Shown: piece by piece, positions 1 through 12,859 of the stretch
How positions within the stretch are numbered: position 1 is the stretch's first letter
How the letters are laid out: the number at the start of each line of letters is the position of its first letter
Assembly: GCA_030390025.1 (NCBI GenBank)
Contig: CM059431.1
Span: 145,020,001-145,084,000, forward strand
Reading direction: 5' to 3'
Length of the DNA: 64,000 bases
From: Squalus acanthias
Lineage: Eukaryota
Made by a program: the position numbers and the translations under genes
The notes under the pieces: model-generated
Database searches by the model: none
What the model was told of the DNA's origin: nothing
The model's input: only the letters and a program-made list of their open reading frames with translations

Positions 1-1715
1 ATCTCCATCTCCCTTGATTCCCTTAATATTCAAAAATCTATCGATCTCTGTCTTGAATATACTCAACGACTGAGTCTCCACAGTCATCTGGGTAGAGAAT
101 TCCAAAGATTCACCACCCTCTGAGTGAAGAAATTTCTCCTCATCTCAGTCCTAAATGGCCGACCCTTTATTCTGAGACTGTGACCCCTGGTTCTATACTC
201 CCCAGCCAGGGGAAACATCCTCCCTGCATTTAACCTGTCAAGCCCTGAAGAATTTTGTATATTTCAATGAGATCACCTCTCATTCTTCTAAACTCTAGAG
301 AATATAGGCCTAGTCTACTCAATCTGTCCTCATAGGACAATCCCCCCATCCCAGGAACCAGTCTGGTGAACCTTCGTTGCTCTCCCTCTATGGCAAATGT
401 ATCCTTCCTTAGGTAAGGAGACCAAAACTGTACACAATACTCAGGTGTGGTCTCACCAGGGCCCTATATAATTGCAGGTTTACATCTTGATTCTTAAATG
501 TCTTAGTCCTCTTTTGCTGAATTCTAAAATCCTCCCAATCCTCAGGCTTACTACTCTTCTTGGCAGCATTAAAAGCCTCTTCCTTTGACCTAATACTATC
601 TTTAACTTCTCTTGTTAACCACGGTTGGACCACTTTTCATGTGGAGTTTCTGTGCCTTAAGGGAATGTATATTTGTTGTAAATTATGTATTAATTCTTTA
701 AATGCTAGCCATTGCTCGTCCACTGTCATACCTTTTAATGTATTTTCCCAATCTACATTAGCCAAATCGCCCCTCATACCTCAGTAGTTTGCTTTGTTTA
801 GATTTAAGACCCTAGTTTCGGATTTAAATAAGTCACTTTCAAACTCAATATAAAATTCTATAATAATATTGTCACTCTTTCCTAAGTGCCCCTTTACTAC
901 GGGGTTATCATTTAACCCTTTCTCGTTGCACAATACTAGATCTAAGTTCCTGTTCCCTGGTTGGTTCCTCAACATACTGATCTAGAAAACTATCTTACAT
1001 ACATTCCATGATTTCGTCCTCCACGCTATGACTGCAAATTTGGTTTGCGCAGTCCATATGTAGATTAAAGTCCCCCATCATTACTGTATTACCCTTGCTT
1101 GATTCGCCTCTAATTTCCTGATTTATAATCTGCCCTACATTACAACTAATGTTTGGGGACCTATAAACAACTCCCACCAATGTTTTCTGCGCCTTTCTGT
1201 TTCTTAGCTCCACCCAAACTAATTCTCGTTCTTGATTTTCAGAGCTAAGATCCTTTCTCTCTAATGTCTGCATCCCATCCTTTATTATCAGGGCTACCCC
1301 TCCTCCTTTTTCATTTTGCCTCTCCCTTCTAAATTTATGTATCCTGGAATATTTATTTCCCAACCTTGGCCACTTTGCAACACGTCTCCGTTATGGCTAT
1401 TAGATTAAACCTTTTAACTTCTATCTGCGCTATTAATTGATCTATTTTGTCGCGAATGCTTCACGCATTTAGATATAATGCCTTTATCTTGGACTTATTT
1501 CCCTTTTTCCCTGCAGTCACCTTAGTCACTGATGCCTTATTACCTTTGTTACTCTCTCTGTCCCTTCCTGACCAACTCTGTTTATTTTTACCCAAAACTC
1601 TACTCTGTTCTAGTGACTTGACATTTCACTGCTTTTAAATGTACTCTTTCTGAACTCTCCCGCCCCCGCCCACCCCCCCCCCCCCCCCCCCACCCCTGCT
1701 CCTTCATTAGTTTAA
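1..1715 (-). mobile_element. Degenerate CR1-clade LINE; endonuclease region joined directly to the ORF2 C-terminus/3' end (RT core missing)
   Basis: ORFs 995-1363 (GGGVAL, GVVYRSP, MGDFN) and 781-975 (LDLVLCN, LGKSD) are APE endonuclease; ORF 409-633 jumps from QQKRTK to LQLYRALVRPHL; colinear with the full-length copy at 49844-54281. Confidence 0.9.
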
Positions 1716-1754
1716 TTCCATTGACATTAATGGGCGGACAACGCAAGGGGCACA

Positions 1755-2640
1755 GAATCATAGAATCAGAAAGCACATAAGGAGACCATGCGGCCTATCG
1801 TGCCTCTCCCGGCTCTTTGAAATGGGTATCCAATTATTCCAACTACCCTGCTTTTTCCTCAAAGCCCAGCAAACCTTGCCTTTCAAAGTAAATATCCGGT
1901 TCTCTTTTAAAGTTGCTATTTGTATAAGGGTGTCAGCAGTGGCTCTGTGGTAGCACACTCGCCTCTGAATCAGATGGTAGTGGGTTTGAGTCCCGCTCCA
2001 GAGGCTTGAACACAAAATCTAGGTTGACATTCCAATGCAGTACTGAGGGAATCCTGCACTGTCGGAGGTGCCGTCTTTCAGATGGGACGTTAAACCGAGT
2101 CCCCGACTGCCCTGTCAGGAGGACGTAAAAGATCCCACAGCACTATTTGACAGAAGAGCTGGGGAGGTCAGCACAGCGTCCTGGACAATATTCATCCCTC
2201 AACCAACATCCCTGGTCATCATCTCATGGTTATTGGTGAGACCTGGCTGTGTACAATTTGGTGTCTCGCTTCCTACATGACAACAGTATCTACACTTCTA
2301 AAGTATTTCATTGGCTGTAAAGGGCTTTAGGATGTCTTGGAACTTTAAAGGAGCTGTAAACATGTAATATTTATTTTTTATTATTGAATTCGCTTCCATG
2401 ACCCTTTCAAACAATGCATTCTGGATTATAACAGTTCGCTACGTATAAAAAAAATCTCCTCAACTCCTCCTTGGATCATTATCTAATTGCCTTAAATACG
2501 CGTCCTCTGATTACTGACCCTCCTGCCAGTGGAAACAATCTCTCCTTATTTACACTAAACCCCTTATAATTTTGAACATCTCTGTTAAATCTCCCCTGAA
2601 CATTCTCTGCTCTATGGAGAACGATCCCAGCTTCTCGCCA
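1755..2640 (-). mobile_element. CR1 3'-end fragment interrupted by a SINE
   Basis: Tail-like atcatagaatc at ~1757; 2385-2640 encodes RLFPLAGGSVIRG (ORF 2479-2697); split at tatt|...|tattgaat by the SINE. Confidence 0.65.
1928..2372 (+). mobile_element. tRNA-headed SINE with Deu-domain-like core (SacSINE1/AmnSINE1-like)
   Basis: A-box-like gtggctctgtggtagc and B-box-like ggtttgagtccc, then gcactgtcggaggtgccgtctttcagatgggacgttaaaccgag...gtaaaagatccc, recalled as the Deu domain; T-rich tail. Confidence 0.8.
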
Positions 2641-3027
2641 TGTCGGCAGTTTCAGGTCTTTCACCCGCTGTGGGCGAGGGCCCGCCCGAGACCTCACATG
2701 CGGGTACCTCCAGTCTTGCCTTGATCTCTTCCTTGCTCAGTTCAGCAGATTATTCTTAATTTTTTTTCTTATAATCAACAATTTAAGAATCACATTTTAA
2801 ATATGTTAACAAATTCCCCTTTTGAAAGGATCCAATCTCTTCCTTTACCGATTTGATCGAATCCCTTTTCATTTCATTTGACTGAACGGTTCAAAAAGTT
2901 GAAAAAAAATATGATTGATGTTTTATCAATTCATAGTGGAGCTCTTTCCGTCTTTGGAATTGTTCGACTCTTCCCGCTCTCCTTCACATCTTGGCCCCGC
3001 TCTCCTGGTCCCCTTTCTTTCTTTCGG

Positions 3028-3606
3028 ATCCCATACTCTGCCAGATCCCAGTCCCACGGGTTCCCACACTCTGCCAGATCCCAGTCCCACGGGTTCCCAC
3101 ACTCTGCCAGATTCCATCCCACGGGTTCCCGCACTCTGCCAGATTCCATCCCACGGGTTCCCACACTCTGCCAGATTCCATCCCACGGGTTCCCGCACTC
3201 TGCCAGATTCCATTCCACGGGTTCCCTCACTATGCCAGATCCCAGTCCCAAGGGTTCTTACAATCTGCCAGATTCCATCCCACGGGTTTCCACACTCTGC
3301 CAGATCCCAGTCCCATGGGTTCCCACACTCTGTCGAATCCCAGTCACACGGGTTTCCACACTCTGCCAGATTGGAGTCCAACGGGTTCCCACACTCTGCC
3401 AGATTCCATCCCACGGGTTCCCGCACTCTGCCAGATCTCAGTCCCACGGGTTCCCGCACTCTGGCAGTTTACTGTCCCACGGGTTCCCGCACTCTGCCAG
3501 TTTCCATTCCCACGGGTACCCGCACTCTGCCAGATCCCAGTCCCACGGGTAACCGCACTCTGCCAGTTCCCAGTCTCACGGGTTCCCACACTCTGCCAGT
3601 TCCCGA
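3028..3606. repeat. Minisatellite, ~30-31 bp unit (cccacgggttcccacactctgccagattccat / ...atcccagt), ~19 copies
   Basis: Directly visible tandem units; explains the overlapping repetitive ORFs at 2878-3826. Confidence 0.97.
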
Positions 3607-4781
3607 TCTCCCCTTTGTTCGAGAATGGCTCCATGAATATCAGAGGAATAGAGTTCCAATGAAATCTATCATTGTTGTCACAAGAAGAGTTGTGTTCTTT
3701 CATTTGGACTGTGTGAGCAGTTCTGATAAGCTAATCATGGAAAGTATATTTCTGCACTTTATAGGTCACACAGCTCTGTACCAGAGATTCCAGGGATTCA
3801 CAATTCCTGTTTGGAACAAATTATAGAAAATCCTACTTTCTATCTTTAGAAAAGAGGAAACCCCCCCAGGGGATCTCATGTCAGTTTTAATGTAACGAGG
3901 AGAATGCACAAATTACCCAAATTCTTCACTGTAGCAAGGAGTTCAATCATAAAGATCTATAAGTTCAAAATGTGAAATTAGGAGTAAGAAGGGGCGCCGG
4001 GCGGAACATTTCAGCTCACTGGGATACTGTATTCTGTATGTTATATATTGAATTACCAAGAGGATCATTCGGCACGCACCTATTTTTCTGGCTCTGAAGT
4101 TGACAACTATATTATCGTAAGTTTCTCACATGCCAAACATAAGCTTCTGTAAACAAACTGCAAAATCCATGTGCTGCATAACACAGGCAAAGGTAAACTG
4201 ATGAATTTCGAACTGAGGAGTTTAACAGTCAAGATATACAACGAAGAAAGCAAGAAAATTACCTTGAAAGAAGGGAGGATTATCAAAAAGTACACCTATA
4301 AATGGTGTACACCTGTCACTACATTTACTGGAGTTTAGGAGGCAATAATAGGAATGTTATTGTTTAACCTTTTTTTGTTAAGTTGCCGATTTATCCTAAT
4401 CATCCTCCCAGTTGTTAATGGGATAGTCTGTGTTGCCTGTCCCTACTTTAACAAATGAAAAGCTGGCAACCCAGTTATATGCACTCTATTGAAGTACAAA
4501 CAGAGGAATTCTGTTGTGTTGTGTTGAAGGGGCCCTACACAGCATCAAATGCACGAAATCTCCTGTGTTGTGAATAAAAATATTTTCTCACGTCGTGGAG
4601 ATCCCATTGTTGGAAAGCTGGATTTTATTACCCTGAGAGATAAATGCTGAGGAAGAAGATGAATCCTTCATTCACTCCTTTAAATTCTCACTAAGGAATT
4701 GGACTGAAGAGGAGTAGGGCCGGGGTTATGCTGCTTTGCAGAATTGAGAGTTACACAGGTTGACATGCACTGCGACTCTGC

Positions 4782-4844
4782 TGCATTCTGGGACTTGTAG
4801 TCCTCCCGTGACAGAGACTTAAACAGACTGGCGCATTATGGGAG
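4782..4844 (-). promoter_or_regulatory. Pair of ZNF143/Staf-type binding motifs (candidate promoter)
   Basis: Minus strand reads ACTACAAGTCCCAGAATGCA (4782-4801) and CTCCCATAATGCGC (4831-4844), matching the known ACTACAnnTCCCAnAATGCn motif. Confidence 0.6.
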
Positions 4845-5382
4845 ACCTGTGCTTGGCTGATTATCTTGATTTTAAAAATTTAGCAAACTATAAGGATGCA
4901 GCTCCAGAAAGAGATGCAAGGTTGGGGTGAAACTACAGGAGGCATTTCTCACAGATAATTGCTGAGAAACCCCTAATGTTTAGTTTCAATTCCAATTTTA
5001 AATGTTTATTATGAATTTATTACCTTTACTAATGTATTGGAATGATTGGATATAGTGCGTGATGCGCTTCAGTTGGACAACTACCAATAATAAAATATTT
5101 TTTATAGTTTTCTGATTGACTCCAATTTATCTTAAACGAAATTAAAAGCCCTTTCACCCTTACTTAAATGTTAGTGCGAATTGGTGAGAAAGGTTTCGCG
5201 GAGGGTTCACGTGAATTTGTGTCTTTCTCTGCAGTCTGAGCTCTTCACTGTGAGCCCACATCTCCCAAAGTTACTCCAAGACCCCACGTCCGCTTCCCAC
5301 AATCAGTCTCTCCGCTTTCTTCGTGCAGCATTTGTTAAATTTACACCCTACACTGCGACTCGCTACGACAATGGCACGGGGA

Positions 5383-6650
5383 TCATAGAACCATAGAATC
5401 CTAGAATTATACAGTACAGAATGAGGCCATTTGGCCCATTGTGCCTGTGCCGGCTCTTTGAAATAGATAACCAATTAGTCCCACTCCTCTGCTACCTATT
5501 TTTTTCATTTATTTTTACCTCATGTCCCCGCTGGTTTTTGTGCCAATTATCTTAAATCTGTGTCCTCTGGTTACCGAGCAAACTGCTCCTGGAATCAATT
5601 TCGTCGAATTTACTTTATCAAAACCCTGCCTAATTTGTATTCAGCTTGGTGCTCCACTGAATTATTTACCTAACAATTATCTTAAGCATCCTTTTTTTCT
5701 GTTATCAATTTTGAATTCAATTTTGGCTTCAATTTTGCTAACAGGTCTATCATGTAGTACTTTGGCAAACGCCTTTTGAAAGTCCATATACACAACATCA
5801 ACTGCACTATCATCAACAATCCTCTCAGTTACTTCATGAAAGGACTCGATCAACTTAGTAAAACATGATTCCCCATTAAAATATCCGTGCTGGCTTACAT
5901 TGATTAACCCACATTTTCCAAGTGCCAATTAAGTTTCTGTCGGATTATTGTCTCTAAATGTTTCTGCACGACGTTAGGTTGACTGGCCTGAGTTTCCAGA
6001 TTATCCCTCTCCCCTTTTTTGAACGGGGTGCAATATTTGCGATGCACCACTACCCTGGCAGCACTCCCATATCTAAGGTGGAATGGAACATTTTGTGACT
6101 CCAGAGCCTCTGCAATTTCAACCCTTACTTCCATCGCCTACCGCGGATACAGCCCATTTGGACCAGGTGACTTTTGTACTTTGAGCGCTACCAACCTTTC
6201 ATGTACCTCATTTTTATTTATGTTTTTCCTATCCAATTTCTCAACTATCGCCTACTTTACTGTAACATTGGCAGCATCCTTTTCTTTAGTGAAGTCACAT
6301 GCAAAGTATTGATTTAGAACCTAAGCCATGCCCCCAGCCTGCACAAGAAAATCTCCTTTTTGGTCTGTAATCGGCCACATCCTTGAGATTGTCACGTTCC
6401 AGGACGATCCCTGCACCACCAGCCACTTCGCACCGTGCCGATGGCGACCAACTTACTATCCTCCTGAACTCACTGTGGCTGCGGGGTGACCACCCCCTGG
6501 AACATCTGATCGAGCAAATTCTCAGCCCTGCAATGACTCCAGCCGCCCCTCAAGCTCAGAAACTCTGAGCTTATGTTCGAGCAGATGGAGGCACTTCATG
6601 GACACGTGATTATCATGGATAGGTGAAGCGCCCTGGAGTTCCAACATGTC
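5383..6650 (-). mobile_element. Fragmented CR1 LINE (3' tail, partial RT, possible ORF1 5' remnant)
   Basis: ORF 5677-5928 SQHGY...VDVVYMDFQKAFAKV; tail catagaaccatagaatc at ~5384. Confidence 0.8.
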
Positions 6651-9502
6651 ACCTGAATATCCATTGTTGTTATCAATATAAGTTGCAGCATTTAAATTCA
6701 GCAGTGACAGAAATCACGATGTAAGCTTAAAGAGATTTTGAAAATAAAATACCATTAATTGAAATTAAACGAAAGTTCATAAAACTAAATTTAATTTGAA
6801 ATAAATTAAATGAACTGAAATTAAATTAATTACATTATAGTGAATCTAGTTTATTATATAGCACTTTAGGCATTACAGAATTAATATCCGATTTGCATTG
6901 CCCAGTGATATTTGTTCCAATTCTCTTGTATCCTTTGCCTGAAGAGTTGTAGAGTGAACTGATATCCTGGGACTGACGGACTTGGTGTTGGGTTTTACTC
7001 CCCTAACTTGTTGGTCCGGCAGAATTCCGGGACTGGGGGAAATTACATCTGATCACTGAGAAAGTCGAAGCATTCTGACACAGACACTGATGGCGGCAGC
7101 ATTTCCTGTTCTAAGACAATCAGACTGTGACCTCACTTCCTGCGGCCCATCGTGAAAAGTGCCACATTCTGGAGTAAGGGGCTCCTGATGACGTAGCGAG
7201 TGCTTCAAAAGTGAATCTGGTTCGTCACACTTCTGTCACTAACAGCCAATGGGTGCCACGCTCAAGCGATTCTGTGACGTGTCACCAATTATATTCCTGA
7301 GCTCCTGCATCTTTCACTCCTCGCAGTTTGTTTGCTCAGCAGCTTTATTTTACTTTTTCAGTTCAAGGATAGTAAATAAATCACTAATATTTATTCCTAC
7401 TGTTTTTTTGGGATCATTAGAATTGTGGACATCAGCTCTGGGCATTGATTTTCTTAACATTAATATAAATCAAGATGTACTTAATTCCGGCTGTGTAAAG
7501 ATTCCTTTACATTCTTCTAGCATTGAGTGGAACAAGAGACAAATTCCGATGTTAAGGACGGCCGTCAGCCTCTGGATGGAGCTCTGTAATCCTCCACTAA
7601 CAGTCTACAAACACAGAGCACTGTTATACAAACACATCCAACGCGATCATCGTGTTCCGACATGTCGATACGCGATGGAGAACTTCGCGTGAGTTACACC
7701 ACAAATTTTTAAGACTGTCTTTCGATCCGAATATGCAATACACTTTTAATAACATTTAAATCTGTTACTGAGTCTAAGAATTTATGAGAGACTAGGTTTC
7801 ATCGACAAGAACTAAAAACGGACCCACAATCCAAATACTGGCACTGCCCAACTGACTCTGACAGTAAAGAGTCTTGAAACAATTGCTGGCGGCTTCCAAA
7901 GTTTCTGTATTTTATCAATTACTATTCGGAAATAGGATACACGTCAATAATTCCGTGATTTCACTGTACTTTCCTTCGCTTCAGTGAATTCTGTCGATTG
8001 GCAGCAGCGTATTTTACACCCACCCAATTTTCTTTTTCATTATAGTCAATGAAAAGGGAAATTCGGTCGAGGTGTATGACTGGCGGACAGTCCGCTCCAG
8101 CCTGATTTCCGCCCAGGCCGAAATTGAAAATGCCCTTAGTTTCAGAATATTCAGATTCCACTAATCCCAAATGGACTGATAACTACAGGCATGCAGTAGA
8201 TGGAAGGCACCGCGATAAAAGTACAATCCGACTGGGCGAAAGAAAATGCATGCAAGCCAATCATTTTAAAATTAATATAAACCGACAGAACCATTAATAT
8301 CTGCGGCGCCCATCAATCGCAGAAGATGCGTAAAGATCGAGCTGACACAGCGCTGCCTGTTTATATGTGTAACCCGGGATACTGAATAGAACAGCAGAAG
8401 CAGTCAGAGACAGTCCTCTGACTCTCTTACACATCCTGCAGTGTGAACAATGGATTTACCCAGTTCGAGGGACAGCTTCTCTTCGACATCTTCCAACCTG
8501 CAACTCATGTACTGCAGAACAAATTAGAAAACAGTTTCAACCGAGGCACTGAAATTAGCGGGCGGACAAAATGCTAGTTAATTGGCTCGAATCCTCATCT
8601 GTAGCATTTGCACCGAGAAACGCTCTCAAACCCAGGTTCCCAGTGGTGCTGGACGAAGCGATGAATACACCGCCTTGCACTGAGGGTACCCGTTCAATGC
8701 CAGCTGGTAAAAGGGACGATGTTATACACGGCACTGTCTGTGCACCAACACACACAGCGGATTATTCCATGTAAATATCTGAGAGTCCTGATTACTGATC
8801 CTTGTCTGAAATGCCCCGTTTATAAATTCTTATTTCTTACTCTGTGTTACCAGGTTACATGGTCGCTGATTCACATTATTAGCAGTCAGATTCACCATGA
8901 TACATTTAGTAACAGCAAGTAACAACTTTATTTAATGTTGCTGGGCAGACTTCAACTATTTCTCATTAATAGAGACGTCAGAAGGAAAGGTAAAACGAGG
9001 CAACTCCAGTAAACATTCAAAAAATGGTGAAACATCGCAACACTGTGAAGGGGACAGCGGCACCGCTCCTTATTCCAGGAGAAGGGATGAAGCGGCCCTT
9101 GCAGCTGCAATCAGTCCAAATAACATTTTCACCAAACCTGTGAGAAAAAAGTAACTGGACCGAGAGTTTTAAACGACAAAATCTTTCCCTAAAACTGTTG
9201 ACTGATCCGGTCAATATATGATAGAACTAATTACAGTCCTCGCAGGATCAGATATTAAACCCGTTGATTAACTATTATATTCCACTATTAAATTTCACTT
9301 CATCACTGACATTTTGCATACTTAAGTGGGAATGTCCTTGTTTGGGATGAGACACTCAGCCAAACAACTGCGGAAACCCACAGTCCTTGTTGGCGTTAAA
9401 TGCTACAAAGGGCTCCAAATATACTTGCGTACCTGTGATTTTTTACAACAATCCTTATGTAGCGGTTAGCAGAGAGAACCCCAGTCTAAGCTGGAACAAA
9501 AG

Positions 9503-10945
9503 CTAGAACGGAATTCTAATGTCCCAACCGAAGCTCCAGTTCGGCTTTCTTTCATGTTTAACCAATCTTAGAATCAGTGTCCAGGGAGATTTCAGCAGCT
9601 TCTTCAGCTCTTCTCTGAACTTCCTCTGGGTCGCTGCATAAATACACGTGTTCGGACAGGAACTCAAAAGCTTCAACAGATCTCCGGTTTCAGTGGCGAT
9701 ATAGGCTGGGTTTGTGCGGTCGCCTCGGTAGTAAGTGGTGTTCGACATTCTGGTAGTTACAAAACTCACGGCAGCTGTCAGCCACAGCAATATAAAACTG
9801 CCCGATATAGCGAAGAGCAAAATGATGGATTTCCTTCGGTTCTCCATCTCTGGATCGCTCTGATTCTCACAGCTCTGACCCCGGAGTCCCCTGCGGGCTC
9901 TGCTGGCCATTAATATACGTCTGACGGTAAAACAATTAAACAAAGCCATTAAGGTAAAGGGAAGCCAAACGCGCCATATGGTGTGAAACCAGAGATACGC
10001 TTCACCTTCAGTTGAGGAAAAAAAAGCAACACTTGACCGACAGCCCCACTGCACCTTGTTAATTATTTGCTGAGATTCAAATGCAAACCAAAAGGGGATG
10101 CCTTTTAAAAAGATTAGGACCGAGAACGTTGTTATAACCGCGGCCGCAGTTCTCTCGGTGCAATACTTTACTTTAAACTTCTGGCAGCAGATAACTATAA
10201 AACGGTCAAATGTGAAGGAGACAGTGAACCAAACAGACAAATCGAAGGTGACAGCATTCATGTATAGATTGAACTTACACACGGGAGTGTGGGACAGGAA
10301 TGAAAGTGGAAAGTGATAACTGAGAATATAATACACCATTACATTAAAGATCATGACCAGTAGATCTGCTGTTGCCATGGCCACCATGTAGACAGAGATA
10401 CACTTAGAAAGGCTGCAGTTTCCTCGGGAGAGATCACGATAGTCACCAAGTTCGCTGTAAGAAAGAGAGAGGAGAGAAATAATGTTCCAGTGTCTGATTG
10501 AAATAGATATGGCAATACCTGTGGAGAGCATTTTACTCCATTCAGTTTAATTATCAACACGGAGCAGTGAGAGAACAGGATTAGTTTTGGAACCATTACC
10601 TGGGAAACCCACCCACACATTTACTGAGCTGCTGCAGCGCTCACTCTGCACGGGGGGACAAGACGGTCCGGGAATCCGCTAAAATCCTTGTGTTGGAAAC
10701 CCAAAAACATTGCAAAATCAGTAATGTTATGGTATTAAGGGAAACGTGGAAAGTGTGGACACCCGGTTCACTGTGTCATGCTGACATTTGATAAAACTGT
10801 TACCTTATTCAACATGCAATATGGACAGGGAGAAAGTTAAAACTGATTAACAATGAACAGGTTACAATGGCTCACCGGGGACACCGAAAGCTGCGAGAAT
10901 CGGGTAGTAAATCTCTTTTATCAGCAGTATAGCTGGTCGCCCCTT
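9503..10945 (-). pseudogene. Two-exon GPR139/GPR142-like rhodopsin-family GPCR, apparently disabled (exon 1 10876-10945; intron 10455-10875; exon 2 9503-10454)
   Basis: Exon 1 KGRPAILLIKEIYYPILAAFGVP ends ccccg|gtgag; exon 2 starts cttacag|cgaac (ANLVTIVI); ORF 9503-10531 has TM segments, MATADLLV, FTFDRFIVIC and NTCIY; frameshift near 10432; AAG at the expected ATG. Confidence 0.85.
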
Positions 10946-11021
10946 TTCCTGTGAGAATGGATGAATTCTGTAGGAGATGAAAGACTCTGACTGGCGCACG
11001 GCTGAGACAATGGAAGGGAAC

Positions 11022-11031
11022 CTATATTTAT
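11022..11031 (-). promoter_or_regulatory. TATA-like element upstream of the GPCR exon 1
   Basis: Minus strand gataaatatagg ~80 bp upstream of the expected start codon. Confidence 0.35.
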
Positions 11032-11393
11032 CCACACAACAATCCGCCAGGGAGTCAATCAGGCTACATCATTATAGCATTAGTTACAGTCATTTAACAA
11101 ATAGACTGACAAAGTTGTTTTTTTTCTTACTGATACGTCAGTTTAAGAGAAATATGTGAAATTATTATTGAACAGTTTCAAAAACACGCCCAATACAAAC
11201 ATTCTTTAAAAATAAAAACTGGAATCACCCAACACTGGTGCTGACCCTATTCCAGCAGGACTGGTGGAAGCAGCTACACTGGCAGCCATCGCCATGACCC
11301 TGCCCTTCACTGACTCCTAGTGCTCCAACACCTCCAGAACAGGCGCTGAAACAAATCCTGCAAAATAGGAAACAGTCCTGCAGCGTTAGAGAT

Positions 11394-11870
11394 GACCATG
11401 TTCCAACGGTAGTTGTAGTTCCCAAAACTTACACTAGACGATACCGTGCTCCTCCACTACTAGTGATAATCTACACTTACACTAGGGTTGACCGTGCTCC
11501 ACCTGTACTATTTATATCCTACACCTACAGTATAGATGACCGTGCTCCTCCGGTACTCGTGATAGCCTATATATACACCAGGGTGAGCGCGCTCCTGTGG
11601 TAATAGAGGTTTGCTAAACATACAGAAGAATGGACCATGCTCATTCACCACTTGTCTTACTTCTACACTTATACTAGCGGTGCCAGTGCTTCTCCGCTAC
11701 TAGTATTACACTACCCTTACAGTATAGGTGAACGTGCGTCTCCGGTACTATAGGTATCCTACACTTACAATAGAACTGACCGTGCTTCTCCGATATTAGT
11801 GGCAACCTATACTTACACTAGAGTTAACCATCCTCCTCTGGTACTAGTAGTTCCACTGAACTTACAATGT
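11394..11870. repeat. Degenerate 48-bp tandem repeat (gaccgtgctcctccggtactagtgataatctacacttacactagggtt), ~10 copies
   Basis: gaccgtg/gaccatg-like starts recur at 11394, 11442, 11490, 11538 and onward. Confidence 0.85.
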
Positions 11871-12820
11871 GGTTCAGAAGCTAGGCTCTGATTTTCATAT
11901 TATAAGAAGAAAATAGAGGCAGTGAAAGAGGTGAAGAAGATATTAAATGTTTTACACCAGAAATGAGAGATTATACCTATCAGGAAAGATTGAACAATCC
12001 AGTGGCTCTTTTGTCTAGACAAGAGAGTGCTGACGGCTGACCTGATAGAAGTCTTTAAAATTATGAATGGGTTGGTAGGGTAAACGAAGCGAAGACATTC
12101 CCACTTGTGAGGAGAATGAAACTAGTGGCCATGAGTATAAGATAGACACTAATCCATCAACAGGGAGTCCAGGAGAAACTTATTCAACAAGAGACTGATT
12201 AGAATGTGAAATTCGCAACTACAAGGATTAGTTGTGGCGAGTGACATAGATACATTGAAGGGGAAGCTAGGTAAGTACACAAGAAAGAATGGACTAGAAG
12301 GATATGCTGATAGGTTTAGTTGAGTGAGGTGGGAGGAGTCTCGTGTGGAGTATAAACACCGACATGGACCAGTTGGCCCGTATGGTCTGTTCCTGTGCTG
12401 TACATTCTATATAAATCTATATAAACAATATCATAAACAATCTTTAGAACAGGCTCCCTGGAAAGACCGTGGAATCAGTTAGAAATAATTAACTCAAATG
12501 AAAATTAGAGTGATTGCTTTCAGAAAGTAACATTTTGGGAAAAGGTATATGAATATTTTGAGACATGACCTAAGTGTGCAAGCTTCTGATGAACTGCTGA
12601 CTTTGAACCGATGGTCCACACAGCGCTGCGTCACTGGGGATTTTACTCTTGTCTTTACTGGGTCTGTTGTAGACTAATCGATGGAGATCGATTGCGATGA
12701 TTAGTAAACAACTGTATTATGTAACATGCAACGAGCAGGATGGTAGAAGGTGAACTAGATGAACTGTGTTCATTTTTCCTCTAGCAGTTCCTATGTTTCT
12801 TTGTTCTTTGTCCCCTCGTA
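11870..12820 (+). mobile_element. Two degenerate CR1 3'-end fragments
   Basis: gacctgatagaagtctttaaaattatgaa (DLIEVFKIM); tails tctatataaatctat (~12410) and ctatgtttctttg (~12795). Confidence 0.65.
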
Positions 12821-12859
12821 TTTCTCATTTATAATCTGCCCTTCAGCGACATCATCACC

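Noticed and set aside
1660..1697. Poly-C tract (also 21210-21240)
   Set aside because: Simple expansions of G runs near the ORF1/ORF2 junction of minus-strand CR1 copies
2878..3826. Long overlapping ORFs up to 303 aa
   Set aside because: Translation of a stop-poor minisatellite, open in several frames on both strands
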